A stretch of DNA of 64,000 nt from the NCBI RefSeq assembly GCF_000315625.1, contig NW_005434658.1, positions 463,139 to 527,138 of the forward strand. Reading direction: 5' to 3'. The stretch comes from Guillardia theta CCMP2712. Its lineage: Eukaryota > Protista > Cryptophyta. The position numbers were made by a program, and so were the translations under genes. Shown here piece by piece: positions 46,496 through 57,833 of the stretch (positions are counted from its first letter, which is position 1; every line of letters starts with the position of its first letter). A model generated the notes under the pieces. It saw only the letters and a list, made by a program, of their open reading frames with translations, was not told the origin of the DNA and ran no database searches.

Positions 46496-49331
46496 CTAAT
46501 CTGCTTCAACAAACTTCGAGTCTGTGTGAGTGGCCGTAGCGAACTTGAGCATGTTGAACATGAGCCGAGCTCCGTCTGTCTTCACCCGCCACCCATAGAA
46601 GCTCGCGTCCGACGAGCCCGGCCGGCAGTTCCACACCACCACCTGAACAAGTTTCAACTTCCCTCCTCCCTCCTCCCTCCTCCAATTACCTTCCCCTTCC
46701 TCTTCCCCTCGGGCAGGCTCACCAGCACCTGCACGCCTGAGGTCACTCGAGCAGGGGTGCAGGTCGGAGGGGGGAGGGTACCAGAGGAGCTCCGGAGCTC
46801 CACTCGGCCACCAAGACGCTGCAGTCCATGCCAACCTTCTTCTCGAGGGACTGATGCCTGCGCAACGTTACTCTCCTCCTCGCAGCCGAGCAGACTCACA
46901 TGCTCTCCTCGCCCCCCGAGAAGCTTCTCACGCCTTCCAGCATCTCCCCGCACTTGGGGAACCGCGCGAGCTGAGCTTCACAACGGCGCAGCGTCAGCTC
47001 TTGCCCACCTGACACTCTCCCGGCATGGCATGGCATGAACTGCAAAAGTCGCCCGGACACGCACATCCTCCTGCTCAGCCCGTCATGACCCTCCTGCGCT
47101 CGTAGAGCAGGTGAGAGAGGTACCCCTCCCCATCGTTGAGTGCGTAGGCACCGACGACGATGCCGACTCCTCCCTCCACAGCGTCTGCCAGGACGTCGCC
47201 GAGAGCCTCGGGGTCGTGAAAGTCGGCGTTGGACCAGAGGAGGACGCTGAGCAGGGGCATGAGGGACAGGAGGCGGGAGGGAGGAGCACCTGTGGTAGGT
47301 GAGCAGCTGCTCCAGTGAAGGGTTGCGAAGGTGCGCCAGGAAGATGTCGACCTGCGACCGAGTGACGCGGGGAGGAGGAGAGGACATGGGACTGACTTGC
47401 GTGCAGCCGGCCCGGAGGAGCTTCAATCTCACGTCCTCCCGATAGTCCTCGAACGTCTCCGCGCATACGAGAAGGATCCTTCACGGCAAAGGTCACGAGG
47501 TCATGGAGGGTGGAGGTCACCTGAAGGAAGGGAGATTTCTTGCCGCTTCCATCTTGCGCAGTTTGATCTTCTTCCTGAGGGAGAGCAGCGCCTCCAAGAT
47601 CTCAAAGAGGTACCATTCTTCTGTCCCCGCGCGCGGCCTCTTGGTCCTGTCGCCAGACACTGAGAGCAACTCAGGGGCGGGAGGCTGGAGAGGAAGCAGC
47701 GACCTATTCCTTGCCCGTCCATCTTGTCGATCAGGGGCTTGATCTCGGGGCTCGAGGTCAGCAGGAATTCCTTGCCGAGGGCATACGCGTGCTCCATGTC
47801 GGAGATCGCCTCGTGCCGCAAAGTGTCGAGCATGGCGCGCTTTGAGATCTTCAAGACTTTCCCCCGGTCTACCTCAGGGAGGTTGGAGGCCAAGACTGGG
47901 ATACATCGCTCAATCTCCTTGTCCGCTCCTACAAGTCGTCAGGGTTCAGGTCGGAGGTTGATCGCAGCGGTACCATGCTTGACGCACTGAATGAGAAGAT
48001 CGCAAACTTGATCGTAGCCGATGGAAGGGTAGAGAGACATCGCTTGCCGCAAGTTCACTCTGTTGACTTCTCGCTTCAGGTCCTGCGCATCCACACATTC
48101 ACATCTCTCGGCGAGCTCTCTGCGTCCACCTGCAACACTATGTTCCTGCTCGAGATCGCGCAGAACAAGAAGTCTTGAGGAGGTTTCGGTTTTCTCCCGT
48201 GAGAGATCCGCATCACTTCATTCATCGCCTCTACCTGCCGGCTCACCGTCACCACATAGACCAGCCATGTCAAACCATCTTCAGACCGGGAGAAGACCGA
48301 TGTCGTCGTCCCCCAGGTAGTTCTCAAAGCTCGAGACTATCTGAGCGATGGACCTCGTCTTGAAGTACTTGAGCGCCGGCTGGTCCCACGACCTGCAAGG
48401 TTGATTGAACGGAGGTGAAAGGCTGTTGGAAGTTGCGACCCTTTCAAGAAGTAGATAGCTGTGCGAGAGTCTAAAGTCTTGTCGAAGAAGATGCGACAAA
48501 GAACAACGATCTGATAGCGGAACAACTCTCAGCAGCAAGATTTCCAACTTCTAACTCACTTGTCCACATTTCAAATCGTCGGCAATGGAACATATGTTCA
48601 AGCATCTTATCACATCTCAGCGCAAAAATGAAACACGAGAAGATTGCAACCAACCTAGTTGGATTGACTTCCAACTTCTTCATCTTTTTGAATACCTTGC
48701 CATCAATTGAAATCACAACCATGTTATCCCTCATCATCTCTCGTACCGTCTCTTCGAAGCCCTCCCTTGCAACACCATCTCCATACCAGATCAGCGTCAA
48801 AGTCACCCGACAGGTTCTCACCAGTGTAGAGCAAATGGACAAACAGTTCGAAGTCGTCATCATCGTAATCGACTTGTATTCTGTCGTTCCTTCTCGCGAG
48901 AAAGCACTTCAAGTCACTGATCGAGAGGCAAGGAGCAAGTATGGCTCACTCTGAAGCAGGATCCATGAGCATCTCTTGAAACCGCAGACTCTCTCTGCAC
49001 AAGACGAATTTGTGCCTTGCAACAAGGGGTTCAATCATATCATCGAGCACGACAATGAGGGTACAGGTGGTAGCTCTGGTTCTGACAGGTCACGGTCACC
49101 TGCGATCATGAAGGTCATCTGGGCGAATACAAGACTCTCTCGCAGACAGGTCAGAGCACGCACGTCGGAGAAGTGTCCATGCTCAAGCATCCAGGCTTCA
49201 GGCTTCCTCATCTCGAGGAGAGACTCTTCCCCCTCTTCCTCCTCTTCCTCCTCTTCCTCCCCCTCCCCCGCTTCCCCAGCTCTGTCATCGTCGCTGTCTA
49301 CTTCGATCTGTCCGCCCCTGAATGACGCCAT
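46496..49331 (-). CDS. BTB/POZ-like protein with C-terminal alpha/beta (GATase-like) domain
   Basis: 'GHFSDV', 'DFELFVHLLYTG' (BTB-like). C-terminal 'PSLEQLLTYHSVLLWSN..F.DPEALGDVLADAVEGGVGIVV' ... 'TDGARLMFNML'. Confidence 0.65.
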
Positions 49332-50094
49332 CCCCCCAATGCGGCCCGAGTAGCTTTCCCGCCTCCCCTTGCGCGTCAAGGCTTGTCCCGTCCCCGCTTG
49401 CTTGCGTGCTCAACTTGAAGGCATCTGATCAGTGACCATCGGACTCGCTTGCGAGGACTGAGTCCGAGAGGCTCCTCGAGTCTTTTGTGTGTCTGCGAGT
49501 TTCCCCGTCGCAAGCGGCTCAGCTACTGCACAGCTTCCTTCTACCGTATGCCCTGGCAGGTTCCCGTCAGATCCCAGGTCAGATCGTATGTGACACCGGT
49601 AGTTCAGATGAGTGACGGGCTACGCCGTGCCACGGTGGCGGACAGCTAGCGACTTGAACCGGGCCCGCACTGGGCCCGCACCGTCCCGTGCCCCCCACCG
49701 GCGGCCCCCGTGTGACGGGTGGCCCGGGCAATGCCGGATGAGGGTGGGTAGACTTGGGGAAAGGGTGGGGTAGTAGTACTGGGTCATCACATACAGGAGT
49801 TAAAAATATGAATTTTTTAAACCCGGCGGAAGTACATCCACCCTACCCCACATCTAGCCTCTCCTGGACAATCATACCCCCACTCAATCACATGCAAAGA
49901 TGATCACCCAAGCGAGATGGACTTAACCCATAATTTATCTATGAATATCACCCCTCCTTGATAGTTATCGCGGGGTACCACCCTACACGAAGAGTACACA
50001 CATCCCTAGTGGACCCCCCTTGTACAAGGACTACCCCTCTATTTGAAGGATGCAGGTGGCCCTGTACCCTTTATTATTCACTTGTCGTGGATTG

Positions 50095-50709
50095 ATGACG
50101 GGAGGAGCGACAGCAGCAGTCGCAGCCGTCAGTCAGCAGCGCAACTCCGAGCACGACGCGATCTGTGAGTCAAGCACATAGGGAGGACGAAATTTATCTG
50201 AAGCTTGGGTAGCAGACGTATCAACAAGCAACATACACATCATCACAACACGTGTGCTGGATCGAACAGCTGCGTTTATAATGAGTGCCACACGTTTCGT
50301 GGACGGGAGAGCTGTACATGAAGTCATGGACTGGCGTTTCGACAACGTTCCCATCCTCGATGTCAAGAACACAAACGACATTTCAAAGTTTACATGGATG
50401 TCTGTCAACGAATACCTCGAAGCATTATCCAACGACTCGCCTAAGACTGAAGGGATGAATGAAGACCTGCACAACAGCCCAGTGATCGTTGGTAGGATCC
50501 ACACCAACACTCCAACACGCACCGACTCGGGTGATCACTTGCATGCACCATTGCTTCATGTACAGGAAGACGAGCTGCACAAGCGCAAGTTTTGCTCATC
50601 GGATTTCTTGTCAGTTGGCACGTCATCAACCTTTGCTGAACCTTGCTCTGAGCAGCAGGAAGGAATGGATTGCATTTTTACGGATGAGTCATACAATATA
50701 CAGGAGTGA
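50095..50709 (+). CDS. Hypothetical protein
   Basis: A short ATG exon with a GTGAGT donor splices in frame into the 151-aa ORF. Confidence 0.4.
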
Positions 50710-51647
50710 ACAGAAAGTGCAGGGGCTACAATGGTGTAGTGTAAGTGATGTAGAGCAGGGGGGCTACAGCGATGCAGCAGATGTAAACTAGTGTCTATAT
50801 CCAAGATTCGAATCCAACCCTTAGAGAATTGATGTCAACTGCAAAAGGACCAGGATTTCTCCCAATCCGTCACAGACTCTTTTCCAGACTGTACCGAGCA
50901 AGAAAAGAGATGTTAAAAATCTTCCAGAACATTCAAAGTCTTCAACATTTTTGGAAGATCCAGTTTCAACTTTGTAATGTTCCGAATAGCTCGTGAATGC
51001 AAGCGAAATAAAGTTCCCAGTGAAGGTTTGATTTCTATGTAGTAGGGGTTCGGCAGTGGTTCCGCCATTCCCAGGGGGAGGCTTGCCAGTGGCTTGTCGG
51101 GCCTGACAAGCCTGTCGTTCCAAGTTCGCCTCCGAGTACCGTCACTGACTCCGCGGCTTCTCGAAGGCTTCAAGTTACCGTAGTGCGGTGAGGTGGCCCA
51201 GTGACCCTGACACCGTGCGGCTGTCCACCGGCAACCCTCATCCGGAGTCCTGGCAGGCCAGGCTGGGCCCGGGCCGGGTGACGGCGGGCTCACAGAGTCA
51301 GGGACTCAGTGATCCGGGACCCGCCGGCCCGGCCGGGGGCGGCACGGTGACTCGAAGGCCAAAAGTAACGGTTCGTTATAAGGTTTGATGTTGTTTTGAC
51401 GTAACATCATGGGCCTTGTCGGACTCCAGCCGGCATCATGGCCAGCCAACGACCTGAGTGGTCAAAGACCGAGATGCTGAGATGAAGGAGGGGAACCAAC
51501 GGTAGCACAGCGCATAGTGACCTCGAAGCCAACGAAATACTGATGTGCTGCAGAGCGAGAGAAGTTTGTGACTAAAATCTGAATTGAAGACTTAAAATAA
51601 GGGCTTGAGGGTTGATGCCAGGGTTGATGCCGATCAGAGCCTCCTGT

Positions 51648-52652
51648 ATGATGTGGGTTCTCTTTGCTCGTTCATGCATATTGCTGTGGTTGTCTTGCAT
51701 GCTCTCCAGAGTGATGGTTCTTGCTTTTGATGCCCCTGAGGATCGTTGGGAAGGGGGAATCGACAGAAACGGAGTTGTGAACTGCGAAATGTCCATCAAA
51801 GGAGGCAAATGTCAGTCTAAGGCCAACTGCGTATTCAACCTGACGGCAAAGCAAGACCGTTTCTGTATGAAAGATACAATGGAACCGGCTCACCTTGGGT
51901 CACATGTTGGTCAAACTGCTTCTGGAATATACACATGTGCATGCTGTAACTCAACATTGTTCCATTCTTCAAAGAAGATAGACACGGGGTCGGGATATGC
52001 TACCTTCATTTCTCCAATCGAGCACGGGTCTGTTGGATACAAGCACCATGAAGGCTCTTGGTTACATCATCCGCTCGATACAGGAATTCACTGTGAATAT
52101 TGCGGATCGCACCTTGGTTTGATGGCTGAACTTAAACGACCAAACCTCTGAGTGCATGGCAGGGAATGTACGCGAAGATGGCCCTCCCCCGCACGGGAGA
52201 AGATACATGGTGAACTCCGCTTGTCTCAAATTCTTTTGCGACTTTCCTGGATGCTCACGAAATGACGAAGAATTTTTCCGCTCGAAGCAAGTAAGGAGGC
52301 CATTAAGACCTTGAAGGAGCTTAGGGAACCTGATTCTTATGTTAGCTAGGGGCCAAGTGGAGGGCCTTCGACATCGGCGAAAGCTTTGAAGTGAGAGTGA
52401 GGCGGATGCAAATCATTATCACAGCAGTGGCATGTATGTGCTGTGGGGCTCGTGTTCGATGTTTTGCTGACTGACTTTACAGGCGTCTGCGTCCCTTTCA
52501 CGTTTTTGTACATGTGCTGCGGATCGCGGAAAAGGAAAGTGAAGGTCTACCACCTCGTCTCGGGTATTACTGGAGCGATGATGCCTTTGCTTTTGACCAA
52601 AGTTGTTCAGACGAGGAAAATGGCAGAGGAGCGAGGATCTCTCGAGACGTGA
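51648..52652 (+). CDS. MsrB-like protein with signal peptide and C-terminal TM; catalytic Cys absent
   Basis: Two CxxC Zn motifs ('GIYTCACC..LF.S.KK.DTGSG', 'HCEYCGSHLG'), 'DGPPPHGRRYMVNSA'. Confidence 0.8.
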
Positions 52653-52808
52653 ATGAATGATGCAAACTTGTGGCGCTATAGTTCTTAGGGAAAAACTTTG
52701 TAGATCTCATTGGGATTACACCACAGACAGCGAGAGAGTTACTGGGGGATTGACTTAAATTACACTGAACAAAAGGATTGGTCGTATAAAGGAGGAGTAT
52801 GAACTGCT

Positions 52809-54102
52809 TCAACTATTTTGTGTCTGCCTACCTGCTTGGAACAGTTGCTCATGTATGTATGACAGACTGTATCCTTGGAGGGCTAGGATGTTCTCTTTGA
52901 CTGAATCTGCTGCGATGTGCATGCCGCCTTCAGTCTTTCTCAGCAGCCTCTCGCTAACAATTTTGTCCTTCTTCCCGCGGAGTAATAAAGGACAACTGTA
53001 TCGGCCATTCGGAGAACTGGACGATTCACATACCACACGATGTATGGACGCGGGAAAGGCTCCTCCAGAAAACAACTGCAAGTGAGGGATGTAAGAAAGT
53101 GAAGGCCCCCCACACCCAACGAAGACTTACCTGTAGAGTCTGGCCCGACAGCACTAGCATGTCTTTCTCAGTGAGCCGCAAGTCAGACTCCGGCCTCTGC
53201 CATCGCAAGCAGGAGTCAAGCACCTCCAGCCCCGGTTGGCTTGAGGCAGGGATGATCGTCAGGAACGTCAGATCCACGTGCGGCTCGAAGGAGCATGGCG
53301 ACTTTGAATTGTAGAAGCAGAAACGCTGCTCGGACATGGACAGCGCCCCCCCTTCAGGGTGATTTCCCGTGTCGATCCAGTCCCTGATCTCCTCCTTACT
53401 CAGGCCGAGGTGCCAGAAAAGCTCCCTCAGCACCTCCAGCCCGATCCGCGATAGCATGTCGCATGCTTCAAACACGTGACTGTCGGCTCGCTGGGAGACA
53501 AGCCGCAATGAAGGAACGATGTTGCCTTGACCTGCGGCTCGCACACTGAGAAACTCATTGCCGCTAAACCTAGGCTTCTCTCCGCTGTCCATCCTTGCAA
53601 AGCCTATTGAGCCTCCAGGAAGGCCCTTCACCTTCTCCATCCTGCCGACTCTGTTCTTCTCCTCCTGTGGCAGACTGAAGAACTCCCTCCCAACGTCGCG
53701 GAGGGACTCGAGTTTGTCAGCTGACTCTCCTTCCAACCTCAGCACAAAGAAGTGGTTCCTTGCTAGCTCCTCGACCATCCTCTCAACCATAGGGGGGCTG
53801 AATGAGCTCCCGCCCCAGCTTTGTCTCATTGCATCCACAGCGTCCCCGTCAAGGCGAATGAAGGGCTCTGAGGGCCTTAACCTCTGTCTGGTGTCGGTCA
53901 TCTTCCGCAGGTTTCTTGTTCTACACTCATGCACGACACTCCTCGTCACCCTCTCCAGCTCCAGCTGGTAACTCCCTCTCGCCTGCAGGATGATCCTGCC
54001 ACTTCGCCTCGCCCCCAACCCGGTCATGCCAACATGCAGCCATCCAGTGCAGTCAGAGACAAGCACGACGACGAGCAGCAACGTGACCCGCGACCCTCTC
54101 AT
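52809..54102 (-). CDS. 2OG-Fe(II) oxygenase (IPNS/DIOX-like), probable bipartite plastid presequence
   Basis: 'REFFSLPQEEK', 'PHVDLTFLTI', 'PGLEV', 'HRVV', 'RYS'; signal peptide followed by Trp and an Arg-rich transit-like stretch. Confidence 0.88.
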
Positions 54103-54943
54103 GACCTCGGCGACGATCGCAATGACAGAGAGAGGGCGCGCGGATCGTAGCTGTAAAATCCAGGCGATTTATGAGGAGTGATGGAGGGAAGAAAGCGAGG
54201 CAAAGAAAGGGAGAGGGGAGGAAGGGAGGAGGAGAGAAGGGGAGGGAGGAAGTGAGAGGGGATGGAGGATAGAAGGAGACCTGTCAAGGGGAGCCAGGGA
54301 CGATGATGATCCGAGGAGCTCTTGGAGGATGAGGGAAGGCAAGGGCGGACGATGCAGGGCCACAACAAACCATCGCCACTAGTAGTAGTGACTTCAGTTG
54401 TGACCAACGTCGGCCGGGCCCGGCCGGGCCGGGCCCTCACGGCCGGGGTCCCGACTGTGCCCTCCCGACTGCCTCGACAACTCCATCAGTAAGTGAGGGG
54501 ACGAGGGCCTGGCAGCTGCACGTGTAGTGGGAAGCAGGAAGGATGAGATGGGGGAGGAGCAGGAGGCGGCGGGAGAGGATGGAGGACGAGGCAGACGAGA
54601 GAGGAAGGGCAGCAGTGCGAGAGCAGCAGGCTTCAAGCTTGCCGAGGTAGACCTCCTTGCCTGCTGGTTGTGTCGAGCGATCTAGCGAGAGTTGGGTAGG
54701 GCATGTCCAACGACGGGGCGGATTTTTTCATTCAAGAGTTTGAGGATGGTATGGGGAGAAAGCGATTGAAAGGAGTGAAGGGGACTGAGCGCGAAAATGG
54801 AAGAAAATCAGTCATGAGATCGAGGGGTGTGGGATCAACATTCCGATGTTGACATTTGACTGCAGATTGTTGTTAACCCAGGAATTGCTCTGAGACCAAT
54901 CGGCGGGAAATCATCATAACCTTGGACGTTTAGCTAGCTCATC

Positions 54944-57749
54944 ATGATCACTGGATCGTTTGATGAGAAAGGAGAAAACTTCGCGCAGCTCACAGAAGAT
55001 AGCAGACTGAAGATCTGGGACGTCACGTCTGGAGCAGCGTCAAGCGAGTGAGCATTTCGGCCCCTAGTTCCGGTTCCTCCTGCTGACCTGTCCCGCAGAT
55101 TTTCTCCGACTGGGAAGCATGCAGCTGAGCTGACATGCGTGAGCTGGGGGAAAGCTTTGCCAGTGACGAGCTCGGCGAAGTATGAGAGGCAGAGGGGAGG
55201 GGGAGGGGGAGGGAGAGATGGAGGAGAGGCAGGGAGAGTGAGCGGGAGTGAGAGCGAGCCTGCAAAAAGTTGAATTCTGTGCAGGAAGAAGAAGTCGAAG
55301 AGAGGAGCAGACCTGGTGGCGATTGGAACAGGAGCGGGAAAGATTCTCCTGTGGGATTGCGTGAAAGGAGAGCTGAGGAAAACGCTCGGGGGAGAGAAGT
55401 CCGGGCACACGGGAAGGATCAACGACATTGTGCTCACGTCCGGATCCAACTTGTACTGCTGCACTGATGACTGCTTCTTCTCATGCTGGAACATCGAGAC
55501 TGGGGAGATGGTCCTGACTGCGAGCAGGAGAGGAGACCGTCTGACACCTGCTGCAGACGTGGAAGGTTGCTGTCGGCAAGCAGTCAGCGAACAGGCTGGC
55601 GTTGCGTTCAAGTGAGGATGAGATTGTAACGGCCAGCTCGGCGATCAAGGTGATGAAACAGCTTGAACTTCCTCGTCCTTCCTCCTGATCCTGCTCCGTT
55701 CAGGTCTGGGACTTGGCGACACGAAAGACGAAGCGCAAATACCCGGGTCACGCGTCAAGGGTTGTCTGCCTGGCCTACTCGGCCGACTCTCGTTTCCTGG
55801 TCTCGGGCGCGAGCGATCGTTTCATCAGCCTGTGGGACTCCTCCTTCGAGACCGACAATACCGTCGCTCTCAAGACCTTCACTCTTGACTCCTCTCCGAC
55901 TCAGGTCTGCCATGAGATCGTGCGCTGCTCCTCGGCCCTCCTCTCACTCCCAGGCTCGCAGATCTCGCTAGTCGGAGGCACGGGGGAGAGCATGCAGATG
56001 CTGGCTGTGTCCGAGGGCGGGTCAGTCTCTGTCTGGCGATTTTCTCCTCCCAAAGGGTGAGTTGAGAAGGGAGGAATGAGAGAATATCGGTACCTTGACG
56101 GGTGGACAAAGGAGCTCGAAGAAGAGGACCTCCGACGGCACCGTCACCGAGATCCCTCAGATGCCGTCGACCAAGGTCTCGATGAAGGATGGGAAGTCTC
56201 AGATCTACAACGCGAGATTCGAGGTCTGCAGGCTGCTCGCCCGGCTCCTGCCCCTGACCCTTCTGCTCCCGAAACTAGGGAAGTGACAACGTCAAGATCT
56301 GCCACGGGACTTCCTTCCTCCCTCTCTTCACTTCAGTCCAGGTGAGCGCAGCCGTTGCAAAGGGCAGGAGCTGAGGAACGCGTTTGTCCAGATTGTCGAC
56401 AAGTCAAGTGCTGAACTTGTGTCGGAAGTGGCGGTGGAGGGAGGAAACAGCAACCTGCTCGGGCTGACCTCCAGCTCCAAGAAGAAGAAGGCTGCCAAGG
56501 ACGTTTCTGAGAGCTACGACCTCAACGAGGTACCCGTAAGGGGAGTCAATGCTGACAACAAGGCGACGAAGGTTTGACCTGTTCGTCTTTGCACCTTTCC
56601 TCCTCTTCCTTTCCTCCTCCTTCTTCTCCTCCACCTCCTCCTCTCTTGATGGATCTCCAGGAGAATCACGCACATGCAACGGACAAGGAAATGAAGGGGC
56701 CGGGAGCTCGTGCTGATCACTACGAGGAGGAGGACGCAGGGAGTATCGCAGACCCCGAGGAGACGCTAGAAGCGAAGGTAAGGAGGAAGGTGGACCCGTT
56801 CATGCCTGAGCTCCGAGGGCAGGTGAAGGCGCTGGGGATAGAGGTGAAGGGACAGCAGCAGGGCAAGGAGGGAGTCGCAGGGAGCCTCAAGGCTGACTCG
56901 ATCCACGTGGTGCTGAAGCAAGCGCTGGACAGCGACGACAAGGCGCTGGTGCAGGAGTGTCTGGGGGTCACCAACCACCAGATCATCAACGAGACGGTCA
57001 GGCGCCTCCCTCCCAAGCACGTCACGATGCTTCTCAAGAAGGTGAGGCGCACGCGTCTGCGCTCTTGTGCTGACATGCTGATGCTCAGATCGTCGCCAAG
57101 TTCCAGCAGAAGCCTGCGCGCTCCCTGGCGCTGGTGACGTGGATCAAGGCGATCCTGACCCAGCACACTTCGCTCCTCATGTCCCAGCCCGACCTGATCA
57201 AGAACCTCACGCCCCTCTACCAGATCGTCGAGAACAGAATCAACACATACCACAAGCTGCTCAAGCTCGAGGGCCGACTGGACTTGGCGCTCACGCAAGT
57301 GTCGAACCAGTCCGGCTTCCAAGGAGGGAACGCGTACAGCAGGGATCCGGAAGTGATTGTGGATGAGAATGTTGGGGAGGCTGATGACGTGATTGGAGTT
57401 GATGAGGCGTCTGGGGACGAGGATGACGAGGAAGGAGCGGAAGGAGAGGAGGAGGAGGAGGAAGGGGAGGAGGAGGAGGAAGGGGAGGAGGAGGAGGAGG
57501 ACGAAGACGACGACGGGGAAGATGACGGGGACGGCATGAACATCGAGAAGGTAAATTCATTGCTTGTTATGTGTGCATGTTGATAATAACGAATGTGATT
57601 GCGTGCAGGATGACGAAGCTTTGAGGTAGCTTCCCCTTCCATTCTCTCTGTCCACCCTCCTCCCTCCTCCCTCCTCCTCCTCCCTCCTTCTCCTCCCTCT
57701 CTCTTCTTGATTCACTCTTGAAGTCTTTTGCAGTGATGAATCCGACTAA
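54944..57749 (+). CDS. WDR43: WD40/Utp12-domain SSU processome protein UTP5/WDR43
   Basis: WD repeats; 'SIHVVLKQALDSDDKALVQECL', 'INETVRRLP', 'WIKAILTQH', 'KLLKLEGRLDL'; acidic tail. Confidence 0.88.
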
Positions 57750-57833
57750 GTAAGCAACTCCACGGCTGACGGAGGAGACGGGATCTCGAGTCTTGTCCTA
57801 GTGGAGACATGTAGACATTAAACGATGAGACGA

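Noticed and set aside
52200-52225. Selenocysteine MsrB
   Set aside because: The catalytic position is ATG, not TGA.
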